A stretch of 55,483 nucleotides of DNA, filler included, from Circinaria calcarea (Eukaryota): the NCBI GenBank assembly GCA_051942165.1. It is 3 parts of 3 records of this genome, joined end to end, with 100 filler letters (N's around TTAATTAATTAA, not from the genome) between each part and the next. Parts side by side here need not be neighbours in the genome. Positions count along the whole stretch, not along the records: positions 1 to 18,478 come from JAVECS010000233.1; positions 18,579 to 36,986 come from JAVECS010000234.1; 1 more part is not named here. One strand, given 5' to 3'. How positions within the stretch are numbered: position 1 is the first letter of the stretch; every line of letters begins with the position of its first letter. Below are positions 12,038 through 23,588 of this stretch, piece after piece. The notes under the pieces were generated by a model, which was given only the letters and a program-made list of their open reading frames with translations, was not told where the DNA came from and searched no databases. Made by a program: the position numbers and the translations under genes.

Positions 12038-13796
12038 TGGACCTTCAGGATATCCAACTTTTGTCTTTCAGGGTCGGGGATCGCTTGTCGGAAGTCTTCC
12101 AAAAAGTGCCTGGCTCTTCGATTGCATTGCGGTATATCAAGTCGAGTTACCAGGACGATCCGGTGCGTTCTGTTATCGAACTGTTTCTCTGCATTTTCGC
12201 TGTCAGATATCTATTGGCGCCAGCATATTCGACCCAGAAAAAAAGCTACGTGAAACTCACAGACGAGGTGCGATTCTCCGAGACGACTGTCCATATATTG
12301 CCTTGCTTACCCTTTATAGGAGGTCGATGAGCTTGTCGAGGACTGGACCCCGGAACCACTCGTCGCGCGACAAACTGCATTCGAGGAGGCCGAGAACGAG
12401 AAACAGCCTGTGATTGCCGGGTGAGTGGAAGACGAGGTGACTGCATCGGAAAAGGGAAAGGGACTGACGTTGCCACAGACCTACCGGTCCCAAGTCGAAG
12501 CTCATCAATGGGCGGACAGTCACCAATCTCGCCTCCTACAACTACTTCAACCTCATCGCCAATGAGACCCTCAAAGAAAAGGCTATACAGACACTACGAA
12601 CGTATGGCGTGGGTCCGTGTGGACCTCCGGGCTTTTATGGCACCCAAGATGTTCATATGAAAACGGAAGCGGACATTGCCGCGCACCTCGGCGTTCCCGC
12701 ATGCATCCTCTATGCCCAGGCGTTTTCGACCATCTCTAGCGTCATACCTGCTTTCTCCAAGAGGGGGGACATCATCGTTGCAGACAAGTCAGTCAACTAC
12801 GCCATTCGCAAGGGGATCCAGATCTCCCGGAGTACGGTGAGGTGGTATGAACATAATGACTTGGAGGATATGGAGAGAGTGCTGCAGAAGGTTATCAAAG
12901 AGCAAGCTAAGAAGCCCTTAATGAGGAGATTTATTGTTACGGAAGGCCTATTCGAGGATGTCGGAGACATGCTTGATCTCCCAAAAATCGTGAGGCTTAG
13001 TCACTTCCACCGTGTAGGGAGCGAGAAATACTGATTATGGACGCAGATCGAACTGAAACTCCGGTATAAATTCCGTCTCATTCTCGATGAGACCTGGTCC
13101 TTTGGAGTGCTCGGGCGGAGCGGTCGAGGTATCACGGAGCATCAAAATGTCGATGCTGCGGAAGTCGACATGATTGTCGGATCTCTGGCGGGTCCAATCT
13201 GCGCAGGCGGCGGATTTTGTGCAGGCTCAGATGAGATTGTGGAGCATCAGAGGCTATCATCGGCTTCGTACACATTCTCCGCTGCGCTGCCCGCGATGCT
13301 AGCCACCACCGCCAGCGAGACCCTCATCATGTTACAGACCACCCCCGATATCTTGACACAGGCAAGGGAGAACACCAAGACCATGTGGGCACAATTAGAT
13401 CCTCGGAGTGACTGGGTCTACTGCACGAGCTCTGTGGAGAATCCGATGATGATTTTGGTTCTGAAGCCAGAGGTCGTCGCAATTAAGAAGCTGAGTCTCC
13501 AGGATCAAGAACAGCTACTACAAGACGCTGTAGATGAGGTGAGAAGGCTCTACCTAGTCTCCCGGGCCCTCAGGTTCACTGACTCGGTTCCATCATAGTC
13601 TCTTGCCAACGGCGTGCTCATCACCCGGTTGAAGAGCATGCCCCGGGCCGTCAATGCCAAGGATACCGGATGGGAGGCCAAGACGCAGCCGGCCCTCAAG
13701 GTCTGCATCACCAGCGGGCTATCGAAGAAAGAGGTGGAGCGGGCGGGGATCACCATCAGACATGCTATTACCAAGGTAGTGAACCGGAGAAAGTAA
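12037..13796 (+). CDS. LCB1: Serine palmitoyltransferase subunit 1 (long-chain base biosynthesis), about 510 aa
   Basis: Exons 12037-12267, 12320-12420, 12479-12989, 13047-13538, 13599-13796. Motifs YIKSSYQDDPVRS, DWTPEPLV, YGVGPCGPPGFYGTQDVH, IPAFSKRGD, YTFSAALP match the AOS-family LCB1 subunit. Confidence 0.96.
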
Positions 13797-14648
13797 TCCG
13801 GGGAGCGGAGTGTCTGTTGTACGATAGTCGGCAATGTAAATACTACGGAATGATGCCATGCGTCTGATATAATGCCTCTTTGGGACGCCCATCCATGTAA
13901 GGCCATCAGGGGGAGCGTCATCCAACGGTTTTCTGGCCCGGGCTTTTGTCTCCTGCTTGAGTGGCTTTACGAGAAAGACAGGCGGATGCTAGAGGCTATT
14001 TCCCCCAAGAATCGGGCTTGCCTCGCTACGAGATGGCCTATGGTCAATATCCTGCGGCGAGTATCCATCATGACCGTGACTTCCGAGTAGGAGCAACGAC
14101 TGGGCAGCCATCACCGTTGGACCGTCGCTCCCTGAGAGATGGAGCACATTATACAGAGTAAGCTGTTGGAAACCTTAAGACAACGCGGTTGCATGCTGCT
14201 TGTCATCAACGGTCAACCAATGCAATTTCAAGGATCCGGTCTGGGCGGGCGCGTACGTGGCATGTTGGGGTTTAGGATCCGTGTCGTCCGGAACAAGTGA
14301 ATGGGTGGGAAAGGATGAAACGGTAAGGGTGAGCGGTAAATACCGGATCGCTAGACTACCTTATGCGGCATCGGCACTGTAGCAATCACACCTCATTTCG
14401 GTGTGGTACTACGGTAAACGTGGCGAGGATGAGTTCCCACCTCGCGCTTGACGGGCAAGGATTGCATTGGCTCTTTCTTTGCCTGTGCCTGTTGTACCTG
14501 ATCGGCGTGGCCATGGCTTGGTGGGCTTCCCCTGAATCTAACCGCTTTCAGCGCTGGGCCGGCCAGGATCTCGTCATGGGTTGAGGGAGCCCCTCGGACA
14601 AACATGCCGTAGCGCGTGCAGTTGTGGATCAGCCAATCTCGTCGGCGG

Positions 14649-14680
14649 TAGGGACTAGGGACTAGGGACTAGGAATAGGG
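14649..14680 (+). repeat. (TAGGGAC)3 tandem heptamer with a fourth GGG tract; G-quadruplex-compatible
   Basis: TAGGGACTAGGGACTAGGGACTAGGAATAGGG read directly from the sequence. Confidence 0.8.
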
Positions 14681-15338
14681 TGGCATTTTGCTTCCCTCTG
14701 CTGTCCATTCCTTTCCTTCCCCTCCTCCTCCTCTCCTCCTTCTTTCACCATATCACTGTCGAAGACCCCGACTGCCAATATCAGTATCTACTGACCGTCG
14801 CTGAACGCGCTCACCCCACATTCCTTTCAGAATCAGACATAAATAAACCCTCGCTTGTTCGCGCCACCTTTTAGCCGACAGTCCCTCCCAGTTTCATCTA
14901 CCACGAGGCCACAGCAGCAACAACATCCACTCTTTTCTGTACTCGACATTCGATCCGAGCGATCGTGCTGGTTCATAGCACCCCTGCAGAGGCAGCGGCA
15001 GCATTCACGCAATTGCATTGTTTGGATATCGACAAAGCGGTCCTTTGAAAGGCCCTACCCCGTATTCGTGACTGGAAGTCATTCATTGATCGCTGCTGTC
15101 ACCTCAAAGCGCTGCACACATGTACGTGGCAGTCATTGTTCGATTTCTCCGAGAGCCACAGGCACCTGTCTTCTACTGCGGAATTCCTCGATGAAATTGC
15201 CTTCTCCCCTCCGTCGTAATCATATCAAGTTATACGACACTTTGCTAACACCGCTGGACGGTCCCAGACAGTCTCTACAGAAACCAAAATCGTCATCACG
15301 GCATCAAGAAATCCCTGTAAATCACCTATCACAACAGA

Positions 15339-16697
15339 ATGAGGGCTGGATTCTTCTCTATCGCTGCCGCGGTGCTACTGCAGTTAGCCGTTGCGCAACC
15401 TCACGGTAAGGCGTTCACCCTATCTTCTATTCTCGGCACTGACGCGCTCTTAGCAATTCGACACCGTCATCATCGCAGGCAAGATGTGGTCGTTACTCAC
15501 TTTGAGGTTGTCACGGTCGAGGCTTCGGAAGTGATTGTATACGTCAACCAAAATGGTGAACCAATTTCGACCACCACTATTGTTGGTAACCAGGCCACAC
15601 CTACAGCAATTCCTTCCACACCGTCCTTGTCCACTCCTGTACCGTCGATTGCATCGGCGACATCAACTTCCACTCCTGCCCCTCCTCTACCGCCTGCGCC
15701 AGCGCAATCGTCCTCCTCCCTACCCCCTCCAGCTGTCCCTACTACTCCTGCAACTTCTCCCTCTGCACAGCCACCCCCAGAATCATCTCCGTCTCCGCCA
15801 ACCGTGCCACCTCCGGCCCCGTCTCCTTCCCCGGTGACATCCACCCCGGCTACGCCTGCATCCTCAGCAGCGCCGGTTCAGTCCGACGCACCGTCATCTC
15901 CTCACGGGCCTGGGTTCAGGTCGGCCATCTCATACTCTCCTTACAATCCGGACCAGACCTGTAAATTACCAGCACAGGTTGCCAAGGATCTTGAGCAGAT
16001 TGAGAGCTTCTCGGTTGTTCGCCTCTATGGTACCGATTGCAATCAAACTGCCAACGTGCTCGCAGCCACTCAAGGCAAAAACGTGCAAATCTTCGCCGGA
16101 TTCTTCGATATTAACGATATCCCCAATCAAGTCCAACTTCTCTCGAGTGCTGTCGGCGGTGATTGGAGTCGTGTTAATACTGTCAGTGTTGGTAACGAGC
16201 TAGTTAACAATGGCGCCGCGTCTGCCGGCAGTGTTATTGCCGCGATGGATCAGGCCAGAGGGCTCCTCAAAACAGCAGGCTACTCGGGGCCAGTTGTCAC
16301 GGTCGATACCATGGTCGCGATGAAGGCTAATATCGAACTTTGCCACGCTTCGGATTACTGTGCCATCAACTGCCATGCATTTTTTGACCCGCATGTTTCT
16401 GCGGAAGGAGCAGCTGACTTTGTACTCGGTTGGGCACAGGAAATCTCGAGTTTGGCTGGAGGGAAGACAACGGTCATTACGGAAACTGGGTGGCCAAGCT
16501 CAGGCGAATCTCACCACAATGCTGTTCCCTCGAAAGAAAACCAAGATATGGTGGTCTCGGCTTTGAAATCGAAGTTCTCGAGTAATATGATTTTATTCTC
16601 TGCTTACAACAACAAGTGGAGGCACGACAGCTCGGGAACGTTTGGCGCGGAGAAGTTCTGGGGAATTCTAGGGGATGCGCCTAGCGAGTCTGGTTAG
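15339..16697 (+). CDS. Secreted GH17 cell-wall beta-1,3-glucanase/glucanosyltransferase (Scw4/Scw11/BtgE-like)
   Basis: Signal peptide, HRHHRR basic site, long Pro/Ser/Thr linker, then a GH17 domain (ISYSPYN, VRLYGTDCNQ, VSVGNEL, ITETGWPS, EKFWGI). Probable 48-nt intron at 15406-15453 (GTAAGG..CACTGAC..TAG) and probable 5'-UTR intron at 15122-15267. Confidence 0.93.
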   Translation: MRAGFFSIAAAVLLQLAVAQPHGKAFTLSSILGTDALLAIRHRHHRRQDVVVTHFEVVTVEASEVIVYVNQNGEPISTTTIVGNQATPTAIPSTPSLSTPVPSIASATSTSTPAPPLPPAPAQSSSSLPPPAVPTTPATSPSAQPPPESSPSPPTVPPPAPSPSPVTSTPATPASSAAPVQSDAPSSPHGPGFRSAISYSPYNPDQTCKLPAQVAKDLEQIESFSVVRLYGTDCNQTANVLAATQGKNVQIFAGFFDINDIPNQVQLLSSAVGGDWSRVNTVSVGNELVNNGAASAGSVIAAMDQARGLLKTAGYSGPVVTVDTMVAMKANIELCHASDYCAINCHAFFDPHVSAEGAADFVLGWAQEISSLAGGKTTVITETGWPSSGESHHNAVPSKENQDMVVSALKSKFSSNMILFSAYNNKWRHDSSGTFGAEKFWGILGDAPSESG

Positions 16698-18165
16698 GGC
16701 TGCCATCACATTCCCAGCAGGAGTAGAAAAATGGATATTTGTTTTCCCCTCATGGCTTTATGGATGCACACAGTCTGCCATTGTTCATTCTCCTTCTACG
16801 CGCGTGATTGTTGTTGATGCGGCATGGGTGTAATGCTCCGGAAAGATCGAATTTGATGTGGTGATCGGTAATGATGTTTCTTTCCGCACGATTGTATCCT
16901 TTTGCTTCTCAACTTGCTCTCGAGATGAAGATGTGGATCTTGAATACCGAGGGGATTTATGGAGCGGGTTGATGGATTGGATTATCTTTCCCCGTACATA
17001 GTCTCCTACTTGTTTGTTTGGCTAGGATCGCCTTGTAGGTGATGGGAGAACATGGGCAATGAAATGTTTTCCGTCGGATATTTGAACCGGACCATAATTG
17101 GTGATGTGTGAAATGTAATGTGCTTCGTACTCAGGATGGAGGGAAGAGTTCTTGGTGTGCAAACCAGTGTTGTGCCGGTATGAAAGTCCATCCCTCCTGC
17201 AAGACGAGCCATTCTCTCCGACGATTCGTAACTTGCCGGGTGTTGAAGGTTAGCGTCCGACCAGAGGGCGGTCTGGTGCAGAGGACGAGAAGAGAAGCGA
17301 AGAGAAAGGAGAGCAAGAGGCTCTCAGAAGGGTAGAAGGTGTCTCTGGCGGCGAACGTTTCAAAGGAGCAGACCCGATCCCACCACCCCGGGTTTAGGGG
17401 CCAGGATCCATAAATCGGAGGAAAAATTGGGCAGCAGGGGGATCGACCAAGGGGTTTCCGTTGGACGTTCGTCCCCTGGGGTGGAGGTGAACCAGTGGAG
17501 TCGGGTATCTATGAGTCGTTCCGGCCGCTTGGGCGTGGAGAAAGGAAAATAGTGGGGAAATCGGGCTGGATCGCGGAATTGGAGATGTCGTTTGATGGTT
17601 TGAGTGGGGGATAGGGTGGAGGGGGTTCTCTTTGACGGTCGAGAGGGGAATGAGAGTGAAAGGGGGTTGGGTGGAGGAGGTATGACTTTGCGTTGGGTGG
17701 CGGTTGGGGGAAGGAGAATCTTGGGAGGGTTGAAGTATAGGGACGCGGTATATTTTGATTTCCTAGGATCTGCCGGATATGCACGCCGTCACCTTGTTCA
17801 TCATGAACCGGCCACACTAGGTGACTCTCGCAGTGTCTTTCGATCATTAATTGATGCGTGAGTGATTGGGTTTAGCTGTATTGTAGGACTTCATCTGCAA
17901 TGGGCAGGTTATGGAAGGCTGATTTCTCGTGATCGTTCCTGTCTGAGAAGTTTAGCTCAAGATCTTGATTTGGGGTCTTTGAACTAATCAGTGTCATAGA
18001 CATGTTCTTGGAAAGCACGATTCCACTCATGAATATGGTTGCTTTCACAAGATCAGTCGTATTCGCAGGCTGTGTCCCGTGAACCCCCAATCATGAAACT
18101 TTATACCCTCAGTCCCTATATTTACATCTCTAAACAGGTAATCAAAAAGCATGTATTCCACTGTC

Positions 18166-18478
<313 letters not shown>

Positions 18479-18578
18479 NNNNNNNNNNNNNNNNNNNNNN
18501 NNNNNNNNNNNNNNNNNNNNNNTTAATTAATTAANNNNNNNNNNNNNNNNNNNNNNNNNNNNNNNNNNNNNNNNNNNN
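18479..18578. other. Artificial contig/scaffold spacer with six-frame stop linker
   Basis: 44 N + TTAATTAATTAA (18523-18534) + 44 N, exactly 100 nt and identical to the spacer at 36987-37086. Confidence 0.97.
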
Positions 18579-18858
18579 GTCTAACGGTAGGTAGGGTATC
18601 CATGCACACGGGTCACCGTCATCACGGGTTCAGGAGGACACGGAGGGGCTTGGGGATATTTCATCCATTCCCCCTTTTTCGTAGAGAATTTCTCTCCCTC
18701 TCTCTCTCTGGGAGAAAAAGTTATTATTAGAGATAGATGGAGTCATGGGTGCTGGCTGAATGAAGCGTATTTTTTCTCTTTCGTGTGACATTTCTGCATT
18801 CGGAGACGGGGAGGGGGGAGGTGGGGACTTTTCTCAATTTAATGCCTTTTGAATTTAG

Positions 18859-18910
18859 TAGGTTTCCAATCTAATATCACTTATATTTAATAGGTTTCCA
18901 ATCTAATATC
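18859..18910 (+). repeat. 20-bp exact direct repeat TAGGTTTCCAATCTAATATC (period 32)
   Basis: Copies at 18859-18878 and 18891-18910, downstream of the MFS stop codon. Confidence 0.85.
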
Positions 18911-18983
18911 TGTTATATCTTCCCCTGCAGCTTTAGCAAATGAGATATATATAGTATTCCATCTCGTAAACTCGATAACGGTT

Positions 18984-21151
18984 TCAATGGGTCAAGCCCG
19001 CCCGCGCCATCTGCTCGACGTATTTGTTGTAGCGGCGCATGCTCGCCCGGCGCATCCTCTTGCCGTACTTGACCACGAGGAGAAAAGTGACGACTTGTGC
19101 CCAGCCCGCACAGGCGGCGACGATGAAGGCGTTCTGGAGGCCCATGTTTGTGATCCAGGGGGTTAAGCTGTTTTTAGGAAGGGGGGAGGTTTGTGAGCTT
19201 TGAACTCGTTGAATGCTCCATATCGTTGCAAAAAGGAAAAGAAAGGGAGGAGGTGCCTTACCCGTAATGCACGGCGACTGGTTTTGAGAGAGAGAGAGGG
19301 ACGTCAGCTCAAGGTTCTCGTCAGGCTGGTAGTGGCGGCGGATGAGGGAAACAGCCTCTTACAGGACATGGTATTTCTCACCAAGATCACCGACACGACC
19401 GCCTCGCCGCTCAAACTCCGGTACGAGTCGATGCAGTAGGCCACCGAGACCTGGAGACCGATGGTATTGGTCACCGCAATGACGCCCATGGCGAAGACGA
19501 GGCCAAACCAGTGAATCCCATGCGCCGCTCCCACACCCCAGAGGAGCAAGCTGCCTGGAACAAGGATCAGCGACGCGGTGAACATCCACAACCGATACTC
19601 GGATTCCATGATTCCCCCGTTTCTTCGGGCCAACCATAGAACGACCCTGTCGCCGAGTTTCCCGGCGTAGGCACTGCCGACGAAGACTCCGAGGAGCGGC
19701 GAGAGGTACGAGAGCCCGACCATGGAGGAGGCGAAGTGGTAGGGTTTGCCGCCGAGGATGAGGGATGTTGTGCCGTTGAGGACATTGAACCACTTGGAAA
19801 CATTTTTGTTAGCCGGTTAGGGTGTCGGAAAGAAACCGAGTTCCGATTTACCACTAAACTTGATCCGTAGCTGAAGCCTGCGTATAAGACAACTGGGAAG
19901 CTGAGATATATTAGTGGACGAAGGACCATGCCTGCCAACCGGTTGGGTCGTCTCAAAACAGACTTCCGGAACAGAGCAAGCTTCTGGATATACGTCTTTT
20001 TCTTGTATTCATGGTTGACAACTTCACCTTGTTCGATGGAAGGTACATTTTGAAACGTCTTCGTTCCTTTTGCCTCCTGGTTTGAGAACTGAGAGCGTAG
20101 ATTCTCACCATTAGTAGATAGAGCACTGTGTGCAGCTGCTGGTGAGGACAGTGCTCGATGGTAATTGGTTTCTTCCATGCAGAAGAAGAGGAAGACAAAA
20201 CCGATCGCGCAAAAAATGGCACACCAGTACTGCATTCGTCAACATAACTGGCTGAACATACGTGAGATTATGAGATTCTAGTACCAGTACCCACCTCCAT
20301 CCCTGGCCATCGTTGATGAAGCCTGCCAGAATCGGAGCAAGGAAATTGCTACCTGCTAAAAACAGGGCATATACCGCCAAGTATGTCCCGCGTTCGTGCG
20401 TGAAGTACTTGGAGATATGTCAACCTGCTTCATCTATATTGTCAAGAAAAATGGCTTACGATATCAGTTACGGAAATCTCACAAAGGCTCTCGATCGGTG
20501 CTCCAAAAAACCCCTGCAGGATTTTGCTAGCGATCCATTGGCCATTCGTAGTCGTATATGGTGTCCAAACCATGACAGCCTACAACACCACAAATGAGAA
20601 TGCTCTTTTATTGTACAAGGTACGAGTGATACCATGGTAGCAAGGATGGAGAACAGATAGACTGGCCGCTTTCCATATTGTAAGGCCAACGGCTGCCAAA
20701 CAAGGCAACCCCAGCCAAAGAACAAGAACTGTTGCAATTTCAGCTATGATTTCCCACAGATATTCCTTACCGCTTTACCATATATCCCGTGCCAGCATTC
20801 AGATCACCCAACGTCAGTCCAGTATCATCTGCAATGGGCTCAAGGACCGAGTAAATGGCGGCCGACGCAATACCGACCATAAGAGTATACCTGATCCGCT
20901 TAGAGAGACTTCCGATACTAGTCATGATGGATTGCACACATGCACATGCTGACCGTAGAGAGCTTCTTCCGTCTCGGTGACCAATTCAATGGATCATCTG
21001 GATCGTCCGATGGCGCTGGTACCAGTAAAATATCATGTTGACCGCCCGAAGCATGCTTGGCAAACAGTGTACCCTCCAGGTCAATCAAATGAACAGTGCC
21101 TGGAACAAAGTCGTCCTTTTCCGCAACATCTGTTGCCTTTACCGGTGCCAT
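18984..21151 (-). CDS. MFS transporter, DHA1/HOL1-like
   Basis: Nine exons join in frame, including a 16-nt micro-exon at 19277-19262. Motifs VPGTVHLID, PSDDPDDPLNWS, YGKRPVY, YFTHERGTY, MEETNY, NGGIMESEYRL; ends ...EQMARAGLTH* (stop 18984-18986). Confidence 0.9.
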
Positions 21152-21753
21152 CTCGAGATCACCATCAATGCTCTTGCAGGATCAGAGCATAGACAATTTG
21201 GGAGAGTAAGCAAAGGTCGCAAGATTTCCAGCGCAAATAGATGGATCATCTTGGAAAGTACCTGCAGATACCATTTGTACTAATTCTGCAGATAATCATA
21301 TCATCATCCTCGAGCGGTGATGTCTCTAATGATTGGTTGTATTTGAGGCAACCGATGCACGCCCGGCGTAGTGCGACAAAGCAGAACGATAAGTGCAAGT
21401 CATTTGCTTCGATCAATAAAGGAAGACAGATGTGATCGCTGTAGGGTTGCATGATTTTGGTTCTTGAAATCGTCAAGTCACCAATGGCATTGCTTTGATG
21501 ACAACAGCACAGGAGATCAATAGCCAAAGTTTTGAGTCATGACATTCGTAGTAATTGTAGAATCCCCCAAAACTGCAATGTCACTAAAACCTTGGTTAAC
21601 AAAGGATTTTCTAGAAGCATTTTGAAGGATGCACAGCCATCCGGTTGTCCACCACAGAACTCGGGTCTATCCGATTATCTGTGATGTTGAGATATCCTCC
21701 ATCTTGATTCATGAATCCTAGAGCTGTGAACTGTTAGAGCCAAGAAAGCTAGC

Positions 21754-22724
21754 ATGAAGCGGTTATTCCATTTACCGCGGACTCGGTATCAAGAGACAGT
21801 CGAGGCAGACCAGTATGCGTCCACATATTCGATCTGTTCGATCTTCAGCTCTAATCCTAGACATAGGAGCACCACAGACAAGCGGATTGCAGACGTTCTT
21901 CCTAAAGCTCAACCATCACTAGCACCCTTTCAGCCAATCCTCACTCCACTTTCAAAGCCCCCCTCGGATACCCCGGTGGTCGCCAACTTCGACAGCAGTC
22001 ACCTCACCATCGGCGCCGGAGTCGCTATATTTCACCTTGCCACGTCGAGGGTCGTAATCTGCAGACATAGCGTGAAGAAGCTGTGGTTCTTACCGAAAGG
22101 TAGGAGAGACGCAAGCGAGGAGACCGGAGCCGGGGCAGAACGGGAGGGTTACGAGGAGGTGCAGTCTCTCAGCTGACTTCGAGATGCCACTAATTGACCG
22201 TACCGGGCCAGTCAGGTTATCGTAACCGCCTCTTACCGGTCCGTCTTCTCCATCGACAACCTCAGGCGTATAATGCGTCAGTTGACAAAGTATCCCCTTT
22301 TGTGACGGAGCCCATATGGACGCAGATGGTCCCGCAGACGAGAACCTCGCAGTACATACTATTTTGGTACATTGCGGAGACTGTTCCCCCACAAGTCGAG
22401 GAAGATCTCAATGCTGCAATGTCTGAGAAGACTACGGCGGAGAACCCAACCCCTTACCAGACGCCGCCCAAGTTTCCTCTAGACATGACACTGGCAGAGA
22501 GAGTGATGTTGGAGCAAGATTGCTATACGCCTCAACATCATAAAAATACTGCTATAGACGCGGACGAGGCTCTCTACGAATCTTACCTGTTGCCTGTGGA
22601 GGAGGCTATGGGTAGACTCAAGGGAACAGTGATGGAGGACGTAGTCCGGAGCGGGTGGGAAGCAATATGTTCTAGGCATAGCATGGAGGCTCAAGTTTCT
22701 ACGGGTAACTGGTCAGGTATATAG
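21754..22724 (+). CDS. Nudix hydrolase domain protein
   Basis: Exons 21754-22158 and 22212-22724. The spliced product contains the Nudix box LPKGRRDASEETGAGAEREGYEESG (GX5EX7REXXEEXG). Start codon uncertain. Confidence 0.85.
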
Positions 22725-23218
22725 TCAACCATGCATAATATAGTGTCACTTGAGAAGCTGAATTGTCACGTATCTGAGGCAATGCTTGTTCGTTTCTTCG
22801 TCAACCCTGGAACGCCTCTATCGTAAAACCCCGAAACCCAAACTCCGTAAAAACAAATGCGATCATGATGACAATCGTGCTCCTGACAGTAAAGACGGAC
22901 AGTGGTGCTCCCTCTTTGATGCTTATCAAACCCTGTTCAAGATACACTCCATGCAGACATCCACCCACAAATCCTCCCACAAACCTTGAACGAACAAGTA
23001 GCCTTGATCGAGGCGCTGTGTTCCAAGGGCGACTGTGCTGTGAAGAATGACCGAGACGCCAGTGATATCGTAAAAGTAAACCCAGCAGTGCATCCTTGCC
23101 TGCCATATCCTCCGAACCCTCAACCAACAAAAGAGAAACCACAAATCTAAGACCAAGATCCCGTCCCACATCCCTCCTGTCTCATTTAGACCTCTGCACT
23201 CTCTTCTCACTTCGCTTC

Positions 23219-23535
23219 AGCTTCTGCCATTGGACATATATTGCGATCAGTCAACTCTGGAAACCAGAGGACATACACCGCAATTAGTCAGCACGGCAGA
23301 GCGTGTTCGAAGTGAAGAAGAAAATCGGTCGAGGTGTGTATTGACAGAGACAAGAGGAAAGTGTGATGAAGAGATGAGGAAAGTGTGATGAAGAGATGAA
23401 GCGTAACCGTAAGATTAGGACCTTATTCCACATTCCCCTTTCTCCTTTGGACCTTTAGCTTCTGCCATTGGACATATATTACGATCAGTCAACTCTGGAA
23501 ACCAGAGGACATGCACCGCAATTAGTCAGCACGGC
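23219..23535. repeat. 79-bp direct duplication (23219-23297 and 23457-23535; 2 mismatches) enclosing a 22-bp tandem repeat (23354-23397)
   Basis: AGCTTCTGCCATTGGACATATATT(G/A)CGATCAGTCAACTCTGGAAACCAGAGGACAT(A/G)CACCGCAATTAGTCAGCACGGC occurs twice; GAGGAAAGTGTGATGAAGAGAT occurs twice in tandem. Confidence 0.95.
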
Positions 23536-23588
23536 GAAGCGTCATCGGCCTGTGTACCCACCAGGAGATTATGGAGTGCTTCCTCGTC

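Noticed and set aside
17240..17440. Possible telomerase RNA or snRNA (Sm-like AATTTTT, GCTAAC)
   Set aside because: No CTAACCCTAA-type template, the Sm site is imperfect, and I found no recognisable 5' splice-site variant or snRNA core motif.
18523..18534. TTAATTAATTAA palindrome inside N runs (also 37031-37042)
   Set aside because: Identical N44-linker-N44 layout twice with stops in all six frames; an assembly linker, not biology.
23219..23535. Direct repeats as LTRs, transposon ends or CRISPR repeats
   Set aside because: Only two copies, no TG..CA ends, no target-site duplication, no transposase or RT; eukaryotic context.
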